Below are positions 10,494 through 18,949 of a DNA stretch of 64,000 nt, one piece after another (position 1 is the first letter of the stretch; every line of letters starts with the position of its first letter). Under the pieces are notes generated by a model that ran no database searches, was not told where the DNA came from, and saw nothing but the letters and a program-made list of their open reading frames with translations. The stretch is from Smithellaceae bacterium (GTDB lineage: Bacteria > Desulfobacterota > Syntrophia > Syntrophales > Smithellaceae), in contig CAXXVL010000002.1 in assembly GCA_963667845.2 (NCBI GenBank), positions 2,912,001 through 2,976,000 on the forward strand, given 5' to 3'. The translations under genes were made by a program, and so were the position numbers.

Positions 10494-11659
10494 TGAAGAA
10501 AATAACCCTTTTAGGATCAACGGGTTCTATCGGTGTCAGTGCCCTCAGCGTCATTGATAAGAATCCTGAAAAATTTAAAGTCGTGGCTCTGGCGGCTGGC
10601 CGCAATGTCCGGCTCTTGGCCCGGCAAATCTTAAAATTTCGGCCGAAGCTTGTGTCTGTGCAATCCAGGCAGGATGCAGAGCGGCTCCGCCAAATTTTGG
10701 AACCCGGGAAGGACGTTCATATCGTTTATGATGAAAAGGGTGCTGAGGAGGTTGCCTCCTATGCGGCATCCGACATCGTTCTTTCAGCCATTTCCGGTGC
10801 TGCAGGGTTGAAACCGACGCTGGCGGCGATTGAGGCGCGCAAGGACATTGCCCTGGCAAATAAGGAGACAATGGTCATCGCCGGTCATGTCGTAACGAAG
10901 AAAGCGCGGGAGAAAGGGGTTAAGATTCTTCCTGTAGACAGTGAGCATAGCGCGATATTTCAGTGTTTGACGGGGCAGAGGCCGGCCAATTTGAAACGGA
11001 TCATTCTTACGGCGTCGGGCGGTCCTTTCTATAATTTGTCGCGGGATGATTTGAAGAAAGTGACGTTGCGGCAGGCACTCAAGCACCCGCGTTGGAAAAT
11101 GGGTCGGAAGATCACGATTGACTCGGCTTCCCTGATGAACAAGGGATTGGAAGTGATTGAGGCGAAATGGTTATTCAATCTGGACATCGCCCGAATCGAT
11201 GTATTGATCCATCCACAGAGTATCGTTCATTCGCTGATTGAACTCATCGATGGGTCCGTCTTGGCGCAACTGGGCATTGCCGACATGAAAATCCCGATTG
11301 CATATGCTTTTGCGTATCCGGATCGGCTGGCGAATGATCTGCCGTCATTGAATCTAGCTAAAACCGGCCCGCTGGACTTTAATCAGCCGGACATGAAGAA
11401 ATTTCCCTGTCTCAGGCTGGCTTATGAAGCGGGACGCTCGGGCGGGACGGCCACGGTGGCGTTAAATGCTGCGAATGAAGCGGCTGTCGCTGCATTTATC
11501 GAAAATAAGATTTGCTTTAATGATCTTCCGAAAGTAATAGAAAAAATATTGGATCATCACCAAATCATGAATGATCCATCCCTGGAAGACATTCTGGGTA
11601 CTGACCGTGAAGTCAGAATACGGACACAGAGCGTTATTAAAAAGTTGAAGAAAGGATGA
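10490..11659 (+). CDS. dxr: 1-deoxy-D-xylulose-5-phosphate reductoisomerase
   Basis: LGSTGSIG, LANKE, PVDSEHSAIFQ, TASGGPF, HPQSIVHS; real start is ATG 10490/10493, not the ORF-track start at 10349. Confidence 0.98.
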   Translation: MMKKITLLGSTGSIGVSALSVIDKNPEKFKVVALAAGRNVRLLARQILKFRPKLVSVQSRQDAERLRQILEPGKDVHIVYDEKGAEEVASYAASDIVLSAISGAAGLKPTLAAIEARKDIALANKETMVIAGHVVTKKAREKGVKILPVDSEHSAIFQCLTGQRPANLKRIILTASGGPFYNLSRDDLKKVTLRQALKHPRWKMGRKITIDSASLMNKGLEVIEAKWLFNLDIARIDVLIHPQSIVHSLIELIDGSVLAQLGIADMKIPIAYAFAYPDRLANDLPSLNLAKTGPLDFNQPDMKKFPCLRLAYEAGRSGGTATVALNAANEAAVAAFIENKICFNDLPKVIEKILDHHQIMNDPSLEDILGTDREVRIRTQSVIKKLKKG

Positions 11660-11663
11660 CAGT

Positions 11664-12755
11664 TTGGTTACCTTAATTTCTTTTATTGTTTTGCTGGGTA
11701 TTCTGATTTTTGCTCATGAACTCGGTCATTTTCTTGCCGCACGTTTGGGCGGAGTCGGGGTATTAAAATTCTCGCTGGGATTTGGTCCCAAAATTATCGG
11801 TAAAAAGATAGGCGAAACGGAGTACGTTCTTTCCTGGATACCCCTCGGGGGATTTGTAAAACTGTTGGGTGAATCAGGTACTGAGGAATTGCCGCCGGAA
11901 GACGAAAAAAGGTCTTTCTTTAAGCAGCCGACCTGGAAGCGACTTCTTATCGTGCTGGCCGGACCTATCTTCAACTTTCTTCTCGCCATCGTCATTTTCT
12001 TTATCGTTTATATGTACGGACTGCCCAATCTTATTCCTGTCATCGGAGACATGACACCTGATTCGGCGGCTCGAGCAGCAGGATTAGTATCGGGAGATAA
12101 GATCATTTCCATCAATGATAAGGAAACAACTTATTGGGATCAAATAAAGCCGATCATCAAGGAATCCAAGGGTAGTGAAGTTAAAGTGCGTATTTTGCGC
12201 GGTCAGGAAGAAAAAGTCTTTACGGTGAAACCGAGACTGTCCAAATCAAAAAATATCTTCGGCGAAGAGGAATCAACTTACCTCATCGGCGTTTCGCCTG
12301 CGGGTAAGGTAGTTATTGAAAGAAAGAACCCTCTGACTGCCATGATTTCTTCCGTCGACAAGACGTGGGAAATAAGCAAATTAACGCTTATTTCTGTTGT
12401 GAAAATGATTGAAGGCGTCATCTCGCCCCGAACCCTCGGCGGGCCGATCTTCATCGCACAGGTGGCGGGCGATCAAGTCAAGGAAGGGATCATCCCGTTC
12501 ATCCTTTTCATGGCTATTCTCTCCATTAATTTAGGAGTTATCAATTTGTTTCCCATCCCCGTTCTGGATGGAGGCCATATATTCTTTTACCTTATCGAAA
12601 TGGTAACCCGAAAGGAAATTCCTCTCAAGATTAAGGAAATATCCCAACAGATCGGTTTTGTTGTTTTACTGATGCTGATGCTTTTTGTTATCATGATCGA
12701 CATTGAGCGGCTCAATATCAAACCGATCAATGACGTTTTGAAATTCTTTAAATAA
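11664..12755 (+). CDS. rseP: RIP metalloprotease RseP
   Basis: HELGH, PDZ domain, NLFPIPVLDGG. Confidence 0.97.
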   Translation: MVTLISFIVLLGILIFAHELGHFLAARLGGVGVLKFSLGFGPKIIGKKIGETEYVLSWIPLGGFVKLLGESGTEELPPEDEKRSFFKQPTWKRLLIVLAGPIFNFLLAIVIFFIVYMYGLPNLIPVIGDMTPDSAARAAGLVSGDKIISINDKETTYWDQIKPIIKESKGSEVKVRILRGQEEKVFTVKPRLSKSKNIFGEEESTYLIGVSPAGKVVIERKNPLTAMISSVDKTWEISKLTLISVVKMIEGVISPRTLGGPIFIAQVAGDQVKEGIIPFILFMAILSINLGVINLFPIPVLDGGHIFFYLIEMVTRKEIPLKIKEISQQIGFVVLLMLMLFVIMIDIERLNIKPINDVLKFFK

Positions 12756-12756
12756 T

Positions 12757-13449
12757 ATGTTGATTCTAGCTTTTGATACGTCTTCCAAAACAGCCGCAGT
12801 TTCCGTGTTGCGGGATCAGACCGTTTTATATGATACGACAATCAATAAGGGTTTAAATCATTCCGAAGTATTGCTTCCAGTCGTGGATGAGGCGTGCCGC
12901 CTCTTGAATGTCAAAATGGCGGAAATTGATTTATTTGCCTGCACGCTGGGTCCCGGATCTTTCACCGGATTACGCATCGGTATCAGTACGCTCAAGGGAT
13001 TAATGCTGGCGACGGGAAAGCCGGCAGCAGGCGTCTCTTCACTTTCGGCGCTGGCTCTCAATGCAGATCAAAAAGGAAGTATTATTTGTTCAATGATGGA
13101 TGCAGGGCGTGGCCAAGTCTATCTTGCTTACTATCAGTATGATAAGAATGGACTCTTGAGCCAACTTGAAGGTGCAAGGGCTATAGATCCGCATGATATT
13201 GTCGATCATTTCCGCGATGAAGTGATCTACGTCGGTGACGGTGCTATTAAATATGCAGACGTCATCCGTTCCCGAACAAAGCATAAATATGAAATAGCTT
13301 CGCCGGCGCAGCAATTTATATGCGGTTCTGCGGTTGGAATGCTCGCAATCGAAAAATTCCGCCGCGGTGAATTGCTTGACGCGTTCAGCTGTGCTCCTAT
13401 CTATTTAAGATCTGCCGATGCATTGACAAAAAAGCAAACGGTTTCCTAG
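12757..13449 (+). CDS. tsaB: tRNA threonylcarbamoyladenosine biosynthesis protein TsaB
   Basis: ILAFDTS, HSEVLLP, GPGSFTGLRIG, DAGRGQVY, PIYLR. Confidence 0.95.
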   Translation: MLILAFDTSSKTAAVSVLRDQTVLYDTTINKGLNHSEVLLPVVDEACRLLNVKMAEIDLFACTLGPGSFTGLRIGISTLKGLMLATGKPAAGVSSLSALALNADQKGSIICSMMDAGRGQVYLAYYQYDKNGLLSQLEGARAIDPHDIVDHFRDEVIYVGDGAIKYADVIRSRTKHKYEIASPAQQFICGSAVGMLAIEKFRRGELLDAFSCAPIYLRSADALTKKQTVS

Positions 13450-13475
13450 GATGACGCCGTCAGACGACTTTCCTT

Positions 13476-14381
13476 TCAGACATTGTTCTCAATTTTAGAT
13501 AAGAGTCTATTAACTTTTTGGTTATGAGGGTTTAAAGAAAGTATAAAATTCAGCCTGCGGATAATATCGCTCACTTTGATATCCCCGCACGAGTCCCTGT
13601 AGAGCAAGTATTGGATATTGGCTAAATTGAGATTCGTTTCTTCATGAAAGGGATTCAAGGAGAGGGATTTGCGATAGGAGGCTATCGCTTCAGAATAATT
13701 CTTCCTGGCTTCATGAACCAAACCAACATTATTCCATGCATCTGCATTACTCGGATCGAGTTCCAAGACCTTATTAAACTGGTTCAAAGAAGCCTCATGG
13801 TTTCCCAGTTGGAAGCTGATTCTTCCCATGTTATAAAGAGCTTTAATGTGCTTCGGTTTAAAGCGGATGATCTCTGAATATTGATCAATTGCCTCTTCAT
13901 ACATATCATGATTGTCATATAAGACGGCCAGACAAAAGCGCGGGGCCTCATTATGGCCGTCCATTCCAATCGCCTTTTTATACTGATCAACCGCCCCGTT
14001 GTAATCCCCCTGCAGTTCCAATAAGTGACCGATATTAATAACGGCCTCTATGTTTTGAGTGTTTGAGGCTAGAGCTTTTTCATAATATCCTTTTGCAGAA
14101 TCGAACCTCTCCATCTTTTCATAGACATATCCGACATTATTGAAAGCTTCGGCCGTCTCCGGTTCAAGTTCCAGAACTTTCAGAAAACATTTCAATGCTG
14201 CCTCATAGTCTTCTTTGTCCAGATAGATGAATCCCATATTGATGTAAGCATCCGGAACATTTTCGCCTTTTGCTATAAGGTTTTGATAATGTGATATGAC
14301 AAGTTCATAATCCTTCGTGTGAACGTCATGCTGCTTTTTGGGCCTTTTTTTCTCGAGGAAGTCTTTGTCTTTTTTATTCAT
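13476..14381 (-). CDS. Tetratricopeptide repeat protein
   Basis: Successive 34-aa TPR units (AYINMG, AFNNVG, AVINIG, ALYNMG, AWNNVG). Confidence 0.9.
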   Translation of the reverse strand: MNKKDKDFLEKKRPKKQHDVHTKDYELVISHYQNLIAKGENVPDAYINMGFIYLDKEDYEAALKCFLKVLELEPETAEAFNNVGYVYEKMERFDSAKGYYEKALASNTQNIEAVINIGHLLELQGDYNGAVDQYKKAIGMDGHNEAPRFCLAVLYDNHDMYEEAIDQYSEIIRFKPKHIKALYNMGRISFQLGNHEASLNQFNKVLELDPSNADAWNNVGLVHEARKNYSEAIASYRKSLSLNPFHEETNLNLANIQYLLYRDSCGDIKVSDIIRRLNFILSLNPHNQKVNRLLSKIENNV

Positions 14382-14406
14382 ACTATTCCATTATTTCAGT
14401 GATGTT

Positions 14407-16077
14407 TTAAACAGCTATTCTCTTTAATATACTATCTTTGATCTCGTTCCAAATGTAAACAGGATCAGCAAGCGGAGAGCTGGTCAATTGCGGATTCTTC
14501 TTGATGATTTGAGCGGCCCAAAACCCTGCCGACTTATTGACGCTCACACGGTTGAAAGTCTTTACCTGTTTTAGAATATCTTGTGGAATGGCCAGATGAA
14601 TTTTGTGTTCACCAATAATGACTTCATCGTTATTTTCGTGTTCGGTCTCCTGAGGATCTTTAACTTCCGGGGGATCCCGTTTTATTTCGGCGCCGGACAT
14701 TTCTGCCATCGCCGGTTTGGAATCTTTACTTGGCGGTTCATCAGGAGTTGGATCTTCGGGCAGTAAGGCATCTTGATTTTCTGTTTCCGTTGCGGGCGAC
14801 AATACGTGCGAGGCATCGTCCAATGGAGCGGCTTCTGCAACGTTATCGGAAACGGGCCCAGGAGTCGCAACGCGATTTCCCTCATCGGGGTTCGAACTCT
14901 CCCGAAAAAGCGGCTCAATAGGTGTAGTTTCAATCGCCTTGTCCGGAATGGATTCAGGAATGGGCCTGTCGCCACGTTTTTGCTGCACAGGCGCGGTATC
15001 GGACGGACATGGTGGTAATTCTTCAGCGATGGAATCATCCGCGGAAATCTGCGCCGAAGGAGAAGAATCGTGCGTTTCAGATTGAGACGTTGTCTGCAAA
15101 ACCCTATCCGTAAGTTCTTGTTCCGTATCATTCACTTCGGCTACGTTAGAGAACGGCTCTTTTTCTTTCGGTTCGGGATCGGGCTCGGCGATTTGGGGAA
15201 CTTCTTTATCCGTAGTAGGTCTGATTCGTGATTTACGCTTCTGGACGGCGGTTCCACTTAACTTTTGGAATCTTTCGGAAATTTCTAAAACCAGGTCCGA
15301 AGAGATGTAATCATAATTATTAATTTCACCTGCTTTTAAGCATAACTTGCATATCTTATTGACCAAACGCGGAACGCCATGCTCCGAATATTCCCAGAGG
15401 ATGGGAATGCTGTCGTCGGAAAAAATCTTTATTTTTGTGCCGGCCAGTTTCAGCCTGGCTTCAACATAGGCTCTCAGAGCCTCTTCTGATGGAAGCTTAT
15501 CGATTCGGCCGTAAGTTCCAATCCGCTGGAAGAGATTGGCTCGTTTGGGATGTTCCAGCCGTTGCGCCAACTCCATTTGTCCGGCCAAGACCAGCGTAAA
15601 AAGATTTCTGTGATCATCCTGTATATTCGTGAGAAGCCGTAAATTCTCCAGGTTTGCAGGAGAAAGCGTGTTTGCTTCATCGATAAAAATGACTATTTTT
15701 TTGCCTTCGTCGATTGTTGAGTATAAGAGGCGTCGGAATTTCTCCAGCAAAACGTTCTTTCTGCTTTCTTCGCACGGATGACCCGTTATCTGGCCAATGA
15801 TATCCGTCAGAAGCTGGGTAAAAGAAATTCCGGGGTTTGTAATGATCACTACCTTGTATTTATCCGGTTCCAGTGAATCAATAATCATGCGCAGGGAAAG
15901 TGTTTTGCCTGAACCCGCTGCTCCAATGATCACGGCGAATGACTCATCCGCTTCTTTGATTGCGAAAATTGTTTCGGGAATTACTTTCTCCATGGACGAA
16001 TGGCAATCCGTGTACATGGAGGGATCCGGCACGTTATCAAAAGGCGCCTTCTGTAAATTCCAGTATTCACAATACAT
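14407..16077 (-). CDS. ExeA/GspA-like AAA ATPase with a long Pro/acidic linker and small C-terminal domain
   Basis: MYCEYWNLQKAPFDNVPDP N-terminus, Walker A GAAGSGKT, Walker B IFIDEA, LVLAGQ, GVPRLVN. Confidence 0.85.
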   Translation of the reverse strand: MYCEYWNLQKAPFDNVPDPSMYTDCHSSMEKVIPETIFAIKEADESFAVIIGAAGSGKTLSLRMIIDSLEPDKYKVVIITNPGISFTQLLTDIIGQITGHPCEESRKNVLLEKFRRLLYSTIDEGKKIVIFIDEANTLSPANLENLRLLTNIQDDHRNLFTLVLAGQMELAQRLEHPKRANLFQRIGTYGRIDKLPSEEALRAYVEARLKLAGTKIKIFSDDSIPILWEYSEHGVPRLVNKICKLCLKAGEINNYDYISSDLVLEISERFQKLSGTAVQKRKSRIRPTTDKEVPQIAEPDPEPKEKEPFSNVAEVNDTEQELTDRVLQTTSQSETHDSSPSAQISADDSIAEELPPCPSDTAPVQQKRGDRPIPESIPDKAIETTPIEPLFRESSNPDEGNRVATPGPVSDNVAEAAPLDDASHVLSPATETENQDALLPEDPTPDEPPSKDSKPAMAEMSGAEIKRDPPEVKDPQETEHENNDEVIIGEHKIHLAIPQDILKQVKTFNRVSVNKSAGFWAAQIIKKNPQLTSSPLADPVYIWNEIKDSILKRIAV

Positions 16078-16089
16078 AGGGTGTTCACT

Positions 16090-16362
16090 TTACTCTTTGT
16101 TTAATAGAAATCCGAGCATCGCCAGAAAGACAATTATCAATCCAAAACCGATAAATATGAAAGATACACTTGCGGTATCCGGATCGACGCTTCCCAATAT
16201 GGCTCTAATATTAAAAATATTGCCCCAGTAAAAAACGAAAACGTAACATAAAAACAGCCCCATTTTTACATAACCGAAAAGAAGAGCAACGGTCATAATG
16301 ATCAGCAAGAACATGATCTGATATGTCGGCACGGAAACCATTCCCTCAAATAAAGTTTCCAT
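16090..16362 (-). CDS. Small hypothetical membrane protein (about 3 TM)
   Basis: 90-aa hydrophobic ORF with AAGGAG RBS, 12 bp upstream of the ExeA-like gene. Confidence 0.75.
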   Translation of the reverse strand: METLFEGMVSVPTYQIMFLLIIMTVALLFGYVKMGLFLCYVFVFYWGNIFNIRAILGSVDPDTASVSFIFIGFGLIIVFLAMLGFLLNKE

Positions 16363-16512
16363 ATCGTGACTCCTTTCTTTTAAGACCGGTAAATCAAGGT
16401 GACCAAATTAAATGAAAAATGGGCGAAGAACAAATCTAAAGAGACCACACCATTTAGCATTTATACCTGATATTATTATCGAATGTATTACCTGGAAACT
16501 GAAGAGGCCATC

Positions 16513-16528
16513 TGTGATCAGTATCACT
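16513..16528. promoter_or_regulatory. CRP-family binding site
   Basis: TGTGA-tcagta-TCACT (9/10 consensus) at the Crp gene stop, upstream of the membrane protein-ExeA-TPR genes. Confidence 0.55.
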
Positions 16529-17222
16529 AAAGTGTTTGTTTATCGAAAAAGGAAGGCTTTAACAAGAAGTACTTATGATCAATCATCTCAATCTCACCGG
16601 CTTTCATCATGGTGCTGATGATTCGGCTTGCGGTCTCTCTGGAAACTGCTGCAAAATTGGCCAGATCTTTATGGGTCAGTTTGATGTTGATGATGATGCC
16701 ATTTCTATCGGGCGTCCCAAATTTCTGACTGAATATTTTCAGCGCTGCCCGAACTTTATCCGCTGCTTCCGCAAATCCGAAAATGTTCAACATGGCCCAG
16801 GCATCACGGAGGCGGGAACACAAAAGATCGATTAGTTTTTGGAGGCTTTTCTCATTACTCATAATCAATTTGATAAAATTGCTTCTGGTAATGAACCCGA
16901 TTGTGCAATCCTCCATGGCTGCAATAGTTGCGGGAGATGTCTTTCCATCCAGAATGGCCATCTCACCGAAGTAATCATATCGCTTATGGATAGCCAGCAT
17001 CAGTTCCTTACCTGCTTCACTGTATCGGATGACCTTGACCCTTCCGGAAATAATAAAATAGAAGTAGGTGGCTTCATCTTCTTCGAGTAAGATAATTTGA
17101 TTCTTGAAGAATTTCTTGACAATAACGACGGCTTCTATTTCAGACAGCTCTCTGGGCGAAAGGCACGCCAGAAAAGGAATATTACCGCAAATTTTTAAAA
17201 AATCGTCGGAATTGAACTTCAT
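16527..17222 (-). CDS. Crp/Fnr family transcriptional regulator
   Basis: cNMP-binding domain (FGEMAILDG) and HTH LTHKDLANFAAVSRETASR. Confidence 0.93.
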   Translation of the reverse strand: MKFNSDDFLKICGNIPFLACLSPRELSEIEAVVIVKKFFKNQIILLEEDEATYFYFIISGRVKVIRYSEAGKELMLAIHKRYDYFGEMAILDGKTSPATIAAMEDCTIGFITRSNFIKLIMSNEKSLQKLIDLLCSRLRDAWAMLNIFGFAEAADKVRAALKIFSQKFGTPDRNGIIINIKLTHKDLANFAAVSRETASRIISTMMKAGEIEMIDHKYFLLKPSFFDKQTL

Positions 17223-17328
17223 GGGGTTTTTTTACAAGAAATAGTTACAGATAGCAAATGCTTTATTGCGGGACGAATATAATATATAGAAACAGACAAG
17301 AACTGATATTGGAAATAACAGGTGTTTT

Positions 17329-18204
17329 ATGCTGCAAAGACACTTTAATCGAAAAACAGGAATGGATGTCAGAGCGCTCTGGCAATTGATCGTTATTGTC
17401 TTTCCGCTGATATTTTTGTTCTCGCCTCATGCAGCACAGTCGGACAGCACACCCCAACGTCAATTTCGCCTTTCCTCTTTGCTGAAAACCAGAGCTCCGA
17501 TAGCATCCGTAGAAATTAAAAATGTTTATCCGCATGATCCCAACGCCTTCACGCAAGGTCTGTTTTATTATCAAGGTTGTCTTTATGAATCGACCGGGTT
17601 GAATGGGAAATCTTTGTTATCCAAAAAGGAACTCAGGACGGGAAAGACGTTGCAGGAGGTAAGAATCGATCAAAAATATTTTGGCGAAGGCAGTGTCGTT
17701 CTGAAGAACAAGATTTATCAATTGACGTGGAGGAATGAAACCGTCCTGGTCTATGATGCCGGCTCTCTCCGATCAATCCGCGGAATGAAGTATCACGGGG
17801 ATGGGTGGGGGCTGACCACTGACGGTAAATATTTGCTGATGAGCAATGGTTCGTCAATCATCACGGTTCGTAAACCCGATACGTTTGGGGTCGTCAGGGA
17901 AATTCATATTCATGATGGAGATACCCGAGTTGACGGACTCAACGAACTGGAATTTATCAAAGGTGAAATATGGGCGAATATATTTACGGAAGATGTGATC
18001 GCGAGAATTTCTCCCCAAAACGGCAAAGTCACCGGCTGGATAGATTTATCCGTCCTTCGCACTTATCTTCCCCGTGATGTTCAGGTTGATGTTATCAATG
18101 GTATCGCCTATGATGCGGCGACAGACCGAATCTTTGTAACCGGCAAATACTGGCCGAAGGTATTTGAAATTCAGCTGACCAGCTCCAAAGGCAGAAAACC
18201 TTAA
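17329..18204 (+). CDS. Glutaminyl-peptide cyclotransferase (plant/bacterial type I QC), secreted
   Basis: YPHDPNAFTQGL, ESTGLNG, FGEG, QLTW, GWGL, LNELE, INGIAYD, VTGKYWP. Confidence 0.93.
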   Translation: MLQRHFNRKTGMDVRALWQLIVIVFPLIFLFSPHAAQSDSTPQRQFRLSSLLKTRAPIASVEIKNVYPHDPNAFTQGLFYYQGCLYESTGLNGKSLLSKKELRTGKTLQEVRIDQKYFGEGSVVLKNKIYQLTWRNETVLVYDAGSLRSIRGMKYHGDGWGLTTDGKYLLMSNGSSIITVRKPDTFGVVREIHIHDGDTRVDGLNELEFIKGEIWANIFTEDVIARISPQNGKVTGWIDLSVLRTYLPRDVQVDVINGIAYDAATDRIFVTGKYWPKVFEIQLTSSKGRKP

Positions 18205-18209
18205 TTAAC

Positions 18210-18238
18210 TTGACCGTCAATAGGTTTTGCATTATAAG
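18210..18238 (+). promoter_or_regulatory. Putative sigma70 promoter of adk
   Basis: TTGACC-17 bp-TATAAG. Confidence 0.6.
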
Positions 18239-18288
18239 CCCGGCAGCTTACAGTATTCGATAATTATTGAGCTTGGGAGGATATAAAA

Positions 18289-18936
18289 ATGAGGATAATT
18301 TTATTAGGTGCGCCGGGGGCCGGTAAGGGTACGGTAGCCAAGTTGCTTACAGAGTTTGATGGATCCGTGCAGATATCTACGGGTGATATTTTGCGCTCTG
18401 CGGTAAAAGAGGGTACCCCTTTGGGAAAAAAAGCGAAAGAATACATGGATCGGGGAGATCTCGTGCCGGATGCTCTGATTATGGACATTATGGAGGCGAG
18501 ACTTCAGGAACAGGATTGTCAAAAGGGATTCATTCTGGATGGTTTTCCGCGGACGATTCCGCAGGCGGAAGAGCTCAAAAAGCTGCTCGCGAAATTGAAG
18601 ATTAAACTGGACTTTGTCGCCAACCTGGATGTGCCGCGCGAAGTTGTCCTGGATCGGTTGACGACCAGAAGAACCTGCTGCAATCCGGCATGTCAGGCCA
18701 TTTACAATATCAAGAGCAATCCTCCGAAAGAAGACGGCACGTGCAAACTCTGTGATCATCAGACCATTCAGCGTGATGATGAAACCGAAGAGGCGATCAC
18801 GAATCGTCTGGAAACATACAATTTAAAAACAGCGCCGCTGATCGGTTTTTATGAAAAGGAAGGGCTGCTGAAAACGTTCCTGTCTCTTTCTTCCAAAGAT
18901 ACAGTAGCTGAAATTAAAAAAGCCTTAAAGACCTGA
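18289..18936 (+). CDS. adk: Adenylate kinase (Cys-containing, probably Zn-binding, lid)
   Basis: GAPGAGKGT, ISTGDILR, GFILDGFPRT. Confidence 0.98.
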   Translation: MRIILLGAPGAGKGTVAKLLTEFDGSVQISTGDILRSAVKEGTPLGKKAKEYMDRGDLVPDALIMDIMEARLQEQDCQKGFILDGFPRTIPQAEELKKLLAKLKIKLDFVANLDVPREVVLDRLTTRRTCCNPACQAIYNIKSNPPKEDGTCKLCDHQTIQRDDETEEAITNRLETYNLKTAPLIGFYEKEGLLKTFLSLSSKDTVAEIKKALKT

Positions 18937-18949
18937 ACTCAATAATTCA

